Source: Candidatus Latescibacterota bacterium
Lineage (GTDB): Bacteria > Latescibacterota > UBA2968 > UBA8231
Assembly (NCBI GenBank): GCA_965203175.1
Contig: OZ241867.1
Span: 6,464,001 to 6,528,000, forward strand
Length of the DNA: 64,000 nt
Reading direction: 5' to 3'
Shown here: in pieces, positions 27,354-38,400 of the stretch
How the letters are laid out: each line of letters opens with the position of its first letter
Numbering within the stretch: the stretch's first letter is position 1
Program-made: the position numbers and the translations under genes
Notes under the pieces: model-generated
What the model was told of the DNA's origin: nothing
Database searches by the model: none
Seen by the model: only the letters and a program-made list of their open reading frames with translations

Positions 27354-29330
27354 TTAATCCTCCCAGATCGAATGTCCCGACATAGCGGCCGGCGGGGCCA
27401 CACCGTAGTGTGCAAGGATACTAACCGGAATGTCCCGCAGATGGTGTGGGATGGGCTTCAGCGGTTTATTGCTCAGGAGAACGCCAGGCACCTCTTCGGC
27501 CGCCATGCAGTGATCCCCACTCCAAGGAGAGAGATTATCCTGCAAAACCGCACTCTCCAGTTGGCCAATGGCCGTGGCACCCGAAGCGCGATACCCCCTC
27601 GCATAGCCGATGATCAAGTCGGGCGCTAGACCCGAATCGGCCCCAGAGTCCAGACGATAGACTTTTTTTATCACCTGCCGACCATCGACCGAGTCCCGCA
27701 AGGCGAGCAGCTTCTGGCTCAGTTCGCTGAGCAGGCTTTCCCGAGCCTCGGGCCGCACCGTCCCATGATGTTCGCGGCCCTTGAGATTGAGGTACAGGGC
27801 ATTGAGCCCCAAGCCATAGGCCCGAGTCTGTTCCCAACGCATGTGGCTCTCGTTGAGAATATGGGCCTGATCGAGCGACACTTGGGGAGCCAAGGCGAGA
27901 TAGCCCTCCCGCGCCAGCCAAGAATTGAGATTGAAAGAGCGCTCGTACGCGGCAAAGCCGTGGTCCGAAAGGACGATGATATCCACGTCTGCCCCCAGCA
28001 TGGCGACGGCCTCGCCCAGCAAATCGTCCATGGCGACGTACTGATCGGCAATGGCCTGTTGGTACGGGGCGAATTCCGCTCGGTGGCCCGGGTGATCGGG
28101 TGCCCAAGCGCGCCAGAGCATGTGGCAGACTTGATCGAGACTGTGGACGTAAAAAAAGAGCACGCCGGCCGCAAAGCGTCCCAACTCATAGCGCAATTGG
28201 CGTCGGCGTTCTTCGAGGGCCAAGGCGTCCTGGCGCAAGAATTCTCCGTAGTCAAAAACGTCTGCTTCGAGGGCTTTGGTATCGTCGGGCATGCCCTGGG
28301 TATAGTGTGGGCCAATAGCCTGGTGCAATTCTTCGCTGGCCTCTGGAGGAGTAGAAATGGGCATGGCCGGATTGCCGGGGTGGATATTGACCGGTGTCAG
28401 GTAGAGTTGCAGAGAGGGAGCCGCGGCCCGCAAGTAAAAGCGAGCAATGCCCTGCAGGCGTTCCAAGCTGTAGGGTCTGCGCCCGTAATCTATGGTAATC
28501 CACGGACTCCACTCGCCGGACTGGAGGACCAAGCGCTGTTGGTCGAGGACAATTTCGGCGGTCCGGTGCTGCCGATCTAGGTAAATCGCAAAATGGGTTT
28601 GCACCGGCCCTTCGTCGAGCGTCGGACCGTGGATGGGCAGTTGCGCCCAACCCTTTTCCAACTGGACGCTGATTATTTTGCCACCGGGAACTACCAATTC
28701 CCCCCCGGCCACTAGACTGGTGCCCCCGCCTTCGAGGTACGCCGGTACAGTGTACGGCCCCTCGGTGTAATAGGTAAAAGTTCCATAGGTCCCCAACATA
28801 TCCGGCGTGCCCATGCCCGAGAAAGCGCGCACATCGCAGGGACGAAAAAACGGCAGGTCTGCAAAACTCCCCGCTGGCTGAGAGGGAGGAAAATTGGCCG
28901 GCACTTTGAAAATAGTCGTGGGAACACCTCGTTCAGCGAGGATTTCCCAAAAGGGCCGACCCCGGCGCTGCAACGCCAGCTCGCCGGATTCCCCTCGGCG
29001 CGCGATAGACAGAAAGGGAGTCAGGGAGGCCGGGTCGCGGTGGACAAAGTCGAAAATGCCGTGATCCTGTGGATCCAAGCCAGTAATAAAGCTCGCCCAT
29101 GCCACCGGACTCTGCGGCGGCGCACTAGTTTGCAAAGGCGCAAAACCCCCGCGCCGGGCCAGAGCCTCAAAGTGAGGCATCCGGCCCTCGGTCATCAACG
29201 TCCGCAGAATTTGCGGGTCCATGCCGTCGATGCCCAGCACCAGCAGGCGGTCCGGCAGAGGACCAGAGCGGCAGCTCCAAGTCCAGGACAGGAGGCCGAT
29301 CAGAACGATGGCAAGAGCGGCGTTAGGCAT
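27354..29330 (-). CDS. Alkaline phosphatase superfamily (type I phosphodiesterase/nucleotide pyrophosphatase-like) protein
   Basis: VLGIDGMDP, PPQSPVAWASFITG, HGIFDF, DQVCH, LSDHGF, WSGDH; start ATG 29330. Confidence 0.9.
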   Translation of the reverse strand: MPNAALAIVLIGLLSWTWSCRSGPLPDRLLVLGIDGMDPQILRTLMTEGRMPHFEALARRGGFAPLQTSAPPQSPVAWASFITGLDPQDHGIFDFVHRDPASLTPFLSIARRGESGELALQRRGRPFWEILAERGVPTTIFKVPANFPPSQPAGSFADLPFFRPCDVRAFSGMGTPDMLGTYGTFTYYTEGPYTVPAYLEGGGTSLVAGGELVVPGGKIISVQLEKGWAQLPIHGPTLDEGPVQTHFAIYLDRQHRTAEIVLDQQRLVLQSGEWSPWITIDYGRRPYSLERLQGIARFYLRAAAPSLQLYLTPVNIHPGNPAMPISTPPEASEELHQAIGPHYTQGMPDDTKALEADVFDYGEFLRQDALALEERRRQLRYELGRFAAGVLFFYVHSLDQVCHMLWRAWAPDHPGHRAEFAPYQQAIADQYVAMDDLLGEAVAMLGADVDIIVLSDHGFAAYERSFNLNSWLAREGYLALAPQVSLDQAHILNESHMRWEQTRAYGLGLNALYLNLKGREHHGTVRPEARESLLSELSQKLLALRDSVDGRQVIKKVYRLDSGADSGLAPDLIIGYARGYRASGATAIGQLESAVLQDNLSPWSGDHCMAAEEVPGVLLSNKPLKPIPHHLRDIPVSILAHYGVAPPAAMSGHSIWED

Positions 29331-31470
29331 CGGACCCAGCGTCCGAGGCGAATACATTTCGGCCCTGCATATAAGACGGCGGCTCAATCCCAAAGAGGCC
29401 CAGAATAGAAGGAGGAATATCGAGCAAGTGGGGATTGCGAATGTCTATTTTGCGGTTGCAGAAAAACACGCCGGGCACCAGCCGCGGGTCCACGCAGTGG
29501 TCGCCGCTCCAAGGCCGGGTATTGGTCTCAAAGACAGCCTCGGTCACTTGGCCGCTAGCCCCGCTCCAAGAAGCGCGGTATCCGGCGTTGTACCCAATGA
29601 GTAGATCCGGGCCATCGTCCGTATAAGGACCGCTGAAAGAAGCCGCCGTATCCCAAGCCTTGTTGATGGCCGTCTCGCCCGTCTCCTGGTCCACCAGACC
29701 GGTGAGGCGGGAGCACAGTTCGGCCTTGAGTTGGCGCAATTCCGTCCCAGGGGCGACAATCCCGCCAGCTTCGCGGCCCCTGAGATTGATGAATAGGCCA
29801 GTGAGGCCCAGAGCAAAAGCCCAGGTGCGGCTCCAATCGACTTGAGCCAGCCACTCGTCGCTGTGCGTGCAGCCCTCGTGCAAACACAAGTACCCATTTT
29901 GCCACAGCCACGTATTGAGGTTGACGCCGCGTTTAAAGGCGCAAAAGCCGTGGTCGGAAATGACCATGAGTACGGTTTTGGCGCAGTCGATTTTTTTTAG
30001 CGTGCGTCCCACTAGGTCGTCCATGCGCGCGTACATATCGGGGATGGTATCGGCCAAGCCGTTGACTTCCCGGCCCCGGTTAGCCGGATGGTCGGGATCT
30101 AGGGTGCGGAAAAACATGTGCTGGATGCGGTCGGGGCTGTCAAAGACGCAGGCCGCGAGGCCCTTTGGGGTTTTGTCGAGCGCGTGGAAAAACATGGCTT
30201 GGCGCTCGTCATCGAGTAAGTAGGTCTGGTCGAGAAAGGCCTGCTCGTCAATTAAATCGGCATTGAGTGCATCAGTGTCTTCCGCCAAGCCCACGGTGGC
30301 GAACTTGCCCAGGCGTCGGGCGAGGTAGGGGGCATAGGACGGAGGGTGAGAAAGGGGCAAGTGGGGATGAGCAGGGTCAATTTGAATGGGGGTGACATAG
30401 AGTTTGAGTGGTTCGGCTTCAATCAGGTAGAAGCGGCAAATGCCGTGCACCTGGATCCCTGGTCCAGCGGCAAAGGCGAGCGTTATCCAAGGGGAGTAAA
30501 TTCGCTTTTGCAGAGCTATTCTTTGGCCTCCGATCACCAGCGTAGCCGACTCGGCGACCGGATCTACGGTCAGATCCATGGCGGCTGTTAGTCTTTTGCC
30601 GTCCGGGCGCAGCGAGTTGGCGGGACCGGGGATACTGGTGCGGACCCTGCCGCGCTCAAGTTCGAGGCGGATGCAGCGGCCCACAGAGGTGTCTTGAGGT
30701 CCGGGTCCGCTAAAAAAATAAGTGCACTCGCCCTGAGTGCCGCGCAGATCTGGCGCGCTCATGCCCGCGAGCAGGAGCCCCGCGAATTTTTCTGGGGGAA
30801 AACTGATGGGCACCCGGACAATGGAACTGGAGACGTGGTTGTCGCCCAGGACCTTCCAAAAAGGCTGGCTCCGCCGCAAATTGCGCACCTGCGCTTTGCC
30901 CAAGGGCAGGCGGTACGGACCGAGCCTCAGGCTTCGGCGCGAGGCGCTGATCCGCGCCGAAGACAGTACAGGCTGGTACGTGTGTGGATCGCGGGTGATA
31001 AAGTCGTAGATGCGGTGCCTAGAAGCATCCACTCCCGTGGCAAAAGCCGACCACGCCGCTGGCGTAATGGCGGGCAAGGTAGTCTGCAAAGGACGAAAGG
31101 TTCCCTGCTCGGCCAGCTTTTTAAACGCCGGCAGCCGGCCTTCCTCCATCCAGCGGGCCACTAGCTGAGGATCGAGGCCATCGAGGCCGATGACCACCAC
31201 GCGCTCAGCGCTTGCTTGAGCTGCAATTTTTTTGCCGCGACGCCAGCTAAGCAGCAAGCGGACGGGCAGTACTAGGATGGCAAGCGCGGCGAGAACGAGG
31301 GCAGCGAGGGTCCAAAAACCGCTAGCTAGAACAAAGCCAGCGCCGGGGCCGACATAGGCGTCGGCCCGTTGGACAACGAGGCAAGTGCCGTTCCAGACGA
31401 GGAAGAGGAGCCATGCGGAGACGAGTCGGGGGAATTTATTTTGTGCTGGACTCGAATTAAATTTACTCAC
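29323..31470 (-). CDS. Alkaline phosphatase superfamily protein (paralog) with N-terminal membrane segments
   Basis: AYVGPGAG then a TM segment; IGLDGLDP, PAITPAAWSAFATG, DRIQH, ISDHGF, WSGDH. Confidence 0.9.
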   Translation of the reverse strand: MSKFNSSPAQNKFPRLVSAWLLFLVWNGTCLVVQRADAYVGPGAGFVLASGFWTLAALVLAALAILVLPVRLLLSWRRGKKIAAQASAERVVVIGLDGLDPQLVARWMEEGRLPAFKKLAEQGTFRPLQTTLPAITPAAWSAFATGVDASRHRIYDFITRDPHTYQPVLSSARISASRRSLRLGPYRLPLGKAQVRNLRRSQPFWKVLGDNHVSSSIVRVPISFPPEKFAGLLLAGMSAPDLRGTQGECTYFFSGPGPQDTSVGRCIRLELERGRVRTSIPGPANSLRPDGKRLTAAMDLTVDPVAESATLVIGGQRIALQKRIYSPWITLAFAAGPGIQVHGICRFYLIEAEPLKLYVTPIQIDPAHPHLPLSHPPSYAPYLARRLGKFATVGLAEDTDALNADLIDEQAFLDQTYLLDDERQAMFFHALDKTPKGLAACVFDSPDRIQHMFFRTLDPDHPANRGREVNGLADTIPDMYARMDDLVGRTLKKIDCAKTVLMVISDHGFCAFKRGVNLNTWLWQNGYLCLHEGCTHSDEWLAQVDWSRTWAFALGLTGLFINLRGREAGGIVAPGTELRQLKAELCSRLTGLVDQETGETAINKAWDTAASFSGPYTDDGPDLLIGYNAGYRASWSGASGQVTEAVFETNTRPWSGDHCVDPRLVPGVFFCNRKIDIRNPHLLDIPPSILGLFGIEPPSYMQGRNVFASDAGSDA

Positions 31471-31568
31471 AACGGAAGACCAATATCAGGGTATCTCTTT
31501 GTGGCTTTTGCTAATATACAACAATATGCTTTGGCTCTCGCTATACTTTCCCCAGGGGAGAAAACGCC

Positions 31569-33071
31569 ATGAAAAAAATCAACCGAGGAATCCTGTCGGC
31601 CCTGATGGCCGTTTGTGTGCTCGCCCTAGGTGCCGATGCCCTAGAGTTCGTAGAGCCCACCACCCCAGACAGAGTCGCGTATCTGACTTCGACGCCCTGG
31701 CTGGAAGTAGTCGAAAAAGAGGTGCCGCCTCTCCAACATTCACGGGCGGACCGCTGGCCCATGATCATGTGGCACGGCGTGGGTTTTGCGCCGCTGGCCG
31801 CGGACCAGATCCAGATGCTGTTGGCTCGCGGATTGACGCAGCACCTGCGGTTGGACCAAGGCATGATCGACGCGGCCAAAGCTCTGCAGGAGGCCGGATC
31901 GCCGGTGATTTTCATGCAGGGCAATGCCGGGGCCTGGCCCTATTCTCTAGCCGCTGATTCCAGTGCCTGGGCACACCAATTCGACGCCGGCTACCACTAT
32001 AAAATGGCGGGACGAGGAGCCTTGGGATCGTGGCACGGGGCCTGCCCCAAAATGATCGAGGGCTGGGAGCTCATGGCCGACCAAGTGCGCGATACGCTAG
32101 GTGCCTTTCGGGCGGCCGGGGTTACTGTCGATGCGGTGTGGATGGATTGGGAAGGGGATCCCTATCCCTGGAGCCACCTATTCAAACAACTCGCGCACTG
32201 CAAGCGCTGCCGGGTACAGTTGCCACCGGAAGTGCTGGCGGACGAAGACCATTACTGGGCCTATTACTGGCGGCACTACCAACAGCTCTACGGAGCGTAC
32301 CTGGCCGGGCCAGTGCGCGAAATTTTCCCCTTGTGCTCCATCACCAACTGGCACACCGTGTATTCCACTCAGACCAGGCCCTTGCTCTACTTTGTCAATA
32401 ACCGGGCCTTGCCGCCGGGCATCCCCCCGCTGTTTACAGCCACCAATCCCGTGGCGTACGGCAACGACAAATTCTGGCGAACAGAGTGGCAAGACGACTA
32501 TCCCCTAGACCAGCGCCACGTCAACCAATTCCACATGCACAATCTGCTGCGGCAAGTTTCCGGCGATGCGGCCAATCGCCTGGTCTATGGGCCGGAAGTG
32601 GCCAGTTTCCCTTGGGTAGCACGCTGGTGCCCTATTGTAAACCACCGGGAGGACGATACAGCCCCATACATGAGCCGAGAGGCGTACCGCGAGGCCCTGC
32701 GGCACATGTGGCTGCGCGGCATCGACGGCATGCAGCTTTTCAATGCTTGGCGCGAGGGGTACGAGGAAATCGCGCTGTTTGAAGTGCTCGATGCAGTCGC
32801 CGTGTACGACGAAATGCTCAGCTACCGCGACTTTCTCGACGCCGGCCAAGTGATGAATCTAGCAGAGCCGGCCGTACAGGACGAGGGGGTGCTGTGGTCG
32901 GGTTTGCGCTTGAAGGAGCGGGCCGTAGTGCGGCTGTTCAGCCAAGGGGAAGGCGCGGCCCGTTTAGAGATAGAAGCCTGGCCTAGGCTCGTGATAGAAC
33001 TGGAGGCACCCACCGAAGGACGGACCTATGTACTGAGGAGGATGAACACCGGGGTGGAAATCTTAGAGTAA
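31569..33071 (+). CDS. Secreted hypothetical protein, possibly TIM-barrel/glycoside-hydrolase-like
   Basis: Signal peptide; GGGGAG Shine-Dalgarno; aromatic-rich; VWMDWEGDP followed by HCKRCR. Confidence 0.7.
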   Translation: MKKINRGILSALMAVCVLALGADALEFVEPTTPDRVAYLTSTPWLEVVEKEVPPLQHSRADRWPMIMWHGVGFAPLAADQIQMLLARGLTQHLRLDQGMIDAAKALQEAGSPVIFMQGNAGAWPYSLAADSSAWAHQFDAGYHYKMAGRGALGSWHGACPKMIEGWELMADQVRDTLGAFRAAGVTVDAVWMDWEGDPYPWSHLFKQLAHCKRCRVQLPPEVLADEDHYWAYYWRHYQQLYGAYLAGPVREIFPLCSITNWHTVYSTQTRPLLYFVNNRALPPGIPPLFTATNPVAYGNDKFWRTEWQDDYPLDQRHVNQFHMHNLLRQVSGDAANRLVYGPEVASFPWVARWCPIVNHREDDTAPYMSREAYREALRHMWLRGIDGMQLFNAWREGYEEIALFEVLDAVAVYDEMLSYRDFLDAGQVMNLAEPAVQDEGVLWSGLRLKERAVVRLFSQGEGAARLEIEAWPRLVIELEAPTEGRTYVLRRMNTGVEILE

Positions 33072-33073
33072 TC

Positions 33074-34261
33074 TCAGTCGGGCTCCGCCTCCGCGAATTC
33101 GACAAAACAGGTCGCCACAACCTTGTCGCGCCCAGGGGTAGGAGTCTGAACTCCAGCAACCGAATCCGCAACCGCACGCAGGTCAAGGCTAGCCGAGGGC
33201 CGCAAGCGCCAGCGTTTGACCTGCTCGACCAGACAATCGCCCACGGAGTCACTGTCCACGGTCGAAGCGAGAAGCTGGACACTTTCGACTAGACCACTAG
33301 CCAAGATGACAAAGCGGATGGTTGCACTGCCCGGCAACGCCCGACCGGCTTGGAATTCACCGGCAAAGCAGCGGTTGAACGCGTCGAGTCGGGAGCGGAC
33401 AAACGCATCAATGGTCTCCGGCGCGCGCGCCAAATCGTCTGGAGCATAGCCACTCACCTCGCTAGGTGCCTGCAAGCGCGCCTGCGTGGTAGCGAGTACA
33501 GCTTCTGCTCGGGTCCGATCAACCAATGCCGCTTGCTCGATCTGGCGGACAAAGCGAAAGTCCATGTCAAAGGTCTGCAAGGGCTGGTCAAAGGCATTGA
33601 ATTTGAGAATGAAATCCCGGATGTGTAAGCGCACCTCTTCCACCCCGTCGGCCAGCGGCTCAAAGACGATAAAGCCGCTGTAGTTTTCGCCTTTGTAGAT
33701 TTTCTCCCCAACGCCGTAATTGCTGGTGCGCACCTGCCCCATGCGCATGTCAAAGCGATAGTCCTCATTGCCAGTGACGCCCTTCCGAGCGCGGTAGTAA
33801 GATTCAAAACTATGAGCCGCCGAGCCGGTCGCTATGCCGTAGGGAGTCAGTTCCTCTCCCCGGCGGTTGGTCGTGAGCCGGCTCTGCAGCGGTTGTAGCT
33901 CCACCTTGGGAAAACCCAGATTGTACACGGAGACCGCAAAAACCGTAAAGCGATTGCGCACGTACCCCGTCTGGGGATCGACGTAGTCGCCATACGTATA
34001 GGCATTGTACGAATGCGGCCCCTGAGAGGACTCCTGCGGCCACAAAGCATTTAGGGCGCGGTCGGTCATGTAGCGAACCTCGACCCGCAGTCCCTCCACG
34101 GCATAGACGACAGTCCCATCCTCTCCCAGAGTATAGTCCGGCCCTAGATCGGAGCGAGGCATCAGCAGCGATACGCGCTCGTAGCGCGGCGGATAGAGGA
34201 TGGTGCAGCCGGCAAACAACAAGACACTCCATACCGCGTGGACAGCAAACGAAATGCGCAT
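33074..34261 (-). CDS. Lipoprotein with C-terminal AgmX/PglI (TonB-C-like) domain
   Basis: Lipobox FAGC; C-terminal FNRCF...GSATIRFVILASGLV...VGDCLVEQVKRWRL; paralog of 46190. Confidence 0.8.
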   Translation of the reverse strand: MRISFAVHAVWSVLLFAGCTILYPPRYERVSLLMPRSDLGPDYTLGEDGTVVYAVEGLRVEVRYMTDRALNALWPQESSQGPHSYNAYTYGDYVDPQTGYVRNRFTVFAVSVYNLGFPKVELQPLQSRLTTNRRGEELTPYGIATGSAAHSFESYYRARKGVTGNEDYRFDMRMGQVRTSNYGVGEKIYKGENYSGFIVFEPLADGVEEVRLHIRDFILKFNAFDQPLQTFDMDFRFVRQIEQAALVDRTRAEAVLATTQARLQAPSEVSGYAPDDLARAPETIDAFVRSRLDAFNRCFAGEFQAGRALPGSATIRFVILASGLVESVQLLASTVDSDSVGDCLVEQVKRWRLRPSASLDLRAVADSVAGVQTPTPGRDKVVATCFVEFAEAEPD

Positions 34262-34265
34262 GTAC

Positions 34266-35489
34266 TCAGCGCGCCTGGTTGTAAAAATCGATTTGCTGCT
34301 GGGCGATGGAGCCCTTCTGCGTCAGGGCAAAGACCACCATATTGACTCCCAGTTTCAGGTGCGGTTCGTTTTCGCTTTCGCGTTCCCAGAAGGCACCGTA
34401 CCCCTTGTCGGAATACACCGCCACCAGTCGGTCGCCGAGGAAAATGCCCTCCAAGTAGTACACCGAACTGCGGAAATTGCCCCCGGACAATTCCTCGCCT
34501 CCAGGGGGCGGGCCATCGTCAAAGTCGAAAAATACGTGGTAGAGCGGATGCTCGTTGGGAATGGGAACAAAGCGGGCGTCGCGGCCTAGGGCCTGCTTAA
34601 ACATGTCCCGCAGCGAGGCTTCGGCCGGGCCGTACTCCAGCTCGGGCCGGTCATTGTCGGCTACCAGGAACCCGCCGTTGCGCAGGTACTTGCCCAGATT
34701 GTCAATTTCGTGCTCGGTCAGTTCAAACGCGCTGCGGGTAGTGATGTACACAAAGGGGGCCTTGAACAGATCCTGGGAGTCGATAAACATCTGGTCGATG
34801 ACCCGGGCCTCAATGCGAGTGTACTGGTTGATGGCCCGCACCAACTGGGAAATCGAGCGCTGGCGCGAAGGCTGGAGGATGCTGCCCCAAGCCAGCCCCA
34901 AGTACACAAAGCCCTGGATGTTGCGCTTGTCGGCCGGATCCTGAATGACCATGCCCCGGTACTTGCCGGTGTCAATGGCGTCCAAGTCGAGGAATTCCGC
35001 CTGCATGTCAATGCGCTTTTCCGGCTCCTTCAGACTGGTCATTTCAACGGCTTCGAACTGGGGGACGCCCACCACCCCAAGACCCATGCCTTGGACACCC
35101 ATGTCGGCGATAAAGTCGTGGCCGCTGCGGGTGCGACTCCAACGCCGACCCGCGACAGCCTGATCTAGCTGAGCACCCAAACCACTGAAGCCACCCACCA
35201 CAGTGGCCGTCTGATCCCGCTGCACGGAGATAATAGGGGTACCCTCGGGAATGACCTGCTTTTTAAAGGCGAATTCCCGGCTCAACTGAGGGGGAGGAAT
35301 CAGCAGCGGCGTGTCCAATTCCTGCCATTCGAGGCGGATGGCGACCTCTTCCTCGGCCTGTTCAACGGGCCGAAAGTACAAGGCGACAAAAACCAAGTGC
35401 AACACTAGGGAGATCAGCAGGCCCCAGTAGAGCAAGCGCCGATTGGCCGCAAGAACGGCGAGCGGATCCGAGGAGCGCAAGGCTTTCAC
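34266..35489 (-). CDS. DUF4159 domain protein with N-terminal TM anchor
   Basis: SLVLHL TonB-like TM; YLRNGGFLVADND...HPLY...LEGIFLGDRLVAVYS...LGVNMVVFALT. Confidence 0.85.
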   Translation of the reverse strand: MKALRSSDPLAVLAANRRLLYWGLLISLVLHLVFVALYFRPVEQAEEEVAIRLEWQELDTPLLIPPPQLSREFAFKKQVIPEGTPIISVQRDQTATVVGGFSGLGAQLDQAVAGRRWSRTRSGHDFIADMGVQGMGLGVVGVPQFEAVEMTSLKEPEKRIDMQAEFLDLDAIDTGKYRGMVIQDPADKRNIQGFVYLGLAWGSILQPSRQRSISQLVRAINQYTRIEARVIDQMFIDSQDLFKAPFVYITTRSAFELTEHEIDNLGKYLRNGGFLVADNDRPELEYGPAEASLRDMFKQALGRDARFVPIPNEHPLYHVFFDFDDGPPPGGEELSGGNFRSSVYYLEGIFLGDRLVAVYSDKGYGAFWERESENEPHLKLGVNMVVFALTQKGSIAQQQIDFYNQAR

Positions 35490-38400
35490 AAGTGTTTCCT
35501 CGCAATGGTGGCGCGTCGACGTTCGACAAAGGCGCGGATGTTGGGGGCGAGCAGGCTGCTGTCTTCCCGGGCCGCGCTCAGAATGGCGTCAAACACGTCC
35601 ACAGCCCGTTGCCATTCCCCTAACTTTTGATGGCAGACCCCGATATTGGCCCGGGCGGCTATACCGCTGGAGGTATGCGGGAATTGACGCCACACTTGTT
35701 CAAAGCGGGGAATTAGGGCGCGAATCGCCTCGGCGTCGCTGAGTTCGGACGCGGCTTTGAGGCTGTCGGTCAACGCCGCGTAATCTCCGTAGGCCACAGC
35801 CTCGCGCAACTCGGGCAACGCGGTGGCGGCCTGAGCGGCAGCCGGAGTGCCGGGGTATTGTTCTTCGATTTGGCGAAAGAGGTCGTACGCCGCTTGGTGG
35901 TCGCCTTGATTGTACAACAGCTCGCCGAGAGTATAGCGGGCAATGGCCGCATAGCGGCCCTCGGGAAAGCTTTCGAGGTACGCCGCAAAGGCCCGTTGCA
36001 CCTCTTTATTTTTCTGGTCCGCATCCCCAGAAAGGGAATTCATCAGACACCAGCCAATGTTGTAGAGAGCTTCCTCGGCCAAGGGGCTATGGGGATAGCG
36101 GTCAATGAGCTGCTGGTACTGGCCCTGAGCCTGATCGTACTGCTGCAGATTATAGCGGCATTCGGCTAGTCGAAAGAGAGCATCTGGGGCAATGTTGTGG
36201 TCCGGGGCCTGGGCCACGACGAACTCAAAGGCAGCCACGGCCTGGGCAAAAAGAGTCTGATTGAAGTACGCGTATCCCAAGTAGTAGTGGGCTTCCGCGG
36301 CGTTGGGGTGTTCCGGGTAGCGAGTGATCGAATCCTGCAAGCGGCCGACCGCCTCTTCGTAGCGGTCCAGTTGCAGGGCGGCCAGTCCGCCCAAGAAGAG
36401 AAAATCGGGCGCGTAAAATCCACTCGGGTACGCCGCCAGACCCGCAGCCGCGGCGTCGGCCACGGCTTGGTAATCTTCCAAGCGCAAGGCGGCGTCGGCC
36501 ATGAGCCAGTAGCACTTTTCGCGCAGATAGTAGGTGCGCTCTAAGGGCCGCTCTTCTTCGGCAAAGTCGAGGGCGAGCAGTTCCCGGCAGGTGGCAATGG
36601 ATCGGCCGTAGCGCTCTTGGCGGTAGGCGATTTCGGCCAAGGCCAGCAAGTACTCGCCGCGTTGGAACGGAGAGGAAGCCGTCTGCAGTAAACGTCGATA
36701 TAGCTGCAATCCTTGTTCAATGCGCCCACCGGCGATATAGGCCGCAGCCAACAGACGGGAAGCCGCTGTCAGGGACGAATCTGCAGCGGCGCGCTCTAGA
36801 TCGGCGATGGCTTGGGCGTGCTGACCGAGCCTGAAATAGGCCATGCCCCGGCCGTAAAAGGCTTGGTGGACAAAGGCCGAATCCGCAGCGGCTAGGGTTT
36901 GGTCAAAGTAGGGTAGGGCCGCATCGAGGTCGCCGACGCGAGACAGAGCCGTGGCGATGAGATAATTAAACAGCGTTTGAGAATCCCTAGCAGTCTCGGT
37001 TTGAGTACCTTCCCGCAGGACGGCCAACGCCCGTTGGAAGCGCCCCTGCTGCTGCAGGAGGCGACCCGCTTCGAGTCGGGAGCGCGAGAAAATTTCTGCC
37101 TCGCCACGGACCTGGAGAAAGGAGGCGACCGCCTCCTCCCAAGCGCCGGCATCGCGCTGGGCTATGGCCGCTTCAAAGCGGGCGATATCCGCTTCGGGTT
37201 TGTCGCCCAACTCTTCCTCTAAGCTCTGGTAGATCTGGACGGCATCCGCGTACTCGCCGCGGCCGTGGAGGATGCGGGCGCACTGGAAAAGGGCGCTGTT
37301 TCGGTACCCACCAGCCTGCGACGAGGTCGCCAACGCCTGGAAAATGTCGAGGGCCTGATCGGTAGTAGCCGCCTCGTTCTGGCGCTGCAAAGCCAGCCCC
37401 AAATTGAAGCGCAGGTCCATTTCGTAGGTCGAGTTGGGAAAGGCTTCTAAGGTGCGGCGCAATTCCGCTTCGGCGCGGCGGAAAAGATCGGCCCGCTCCT
37501 CGGGCGCGACTTCTCCCGCTTCGGCGCGGCCGAACCAAGCCTGGGCAATTTGCAGTCCCACCCCTTCGAGGGGTAGGCCGGCTTGAGCCGCAAAAGCGGC
37601 ATAGTCGTCGCGGTACGCGCTGTATTCGCGCACGGCCTCTAGGTAGTTCCCAGTTTCAAAGTAGCGGTTGGCCAGCAGCAATTGCAGCCGCGCCCGGCCA
37701 AAGTCGTCCTGTTGCGCTTCTAGGGCGCGCTGGTACACCGCGATACTCGCGGCGACATCGCCGCGCTGGTAGTGCAACTGAGCCTGGCGCAAATAGGCTT
37801 CCTCGGACAGGCGACGCTCGTCGGCAAAGCGCGCGGCCACCACGGCATAGGCCTCCACGGCCAGCGCGTGATCCCCAGTGCGCTCGCGGCACTCGCCAAT
37901 GCGCAGTAGGGCTTTGGCCGCAATCTCCAGCTCGGTCTCGTCGACTAGGCCGGCGAGTTTGTTGCGCTGCATGCGCAAAATCTCGCGCACGGACATGCGG
38001 TCGAGGCGCTGCGAGTCGACTAGCCGCTGGTAGTTGGGGATGGCTTCGGCAAAGCGCTCCAACGCAAAGTAGCATTCGCCAATTTGAAACAGCGCCCTGC
38101 TGGTGCGATACCCCAAGGGGAAACGCCCGACCAAATCCTCAAAAACCGCAATGCTTTGGACGTACTCGCCCAGTTGATAGTGCGACCAGCCAATATCGTA
38201 CAGCGCATGAGCTACATAGGGACTAGTGGGATATCTGGCGACTAGCTGCCGCGCTTCGTCGATGGTGCGGCGATACTCTCCCATGCGGTACGCGCAGGCC
38301 ACAGCGCGGCTGCGGGCGAGGGCCTGGAGCACCGGAGTAGCGGAGAGGGTCTCGGTGGCGACAAACGCCTCCACGGCCTGTCCCAATAAGTCGTCGGCCC

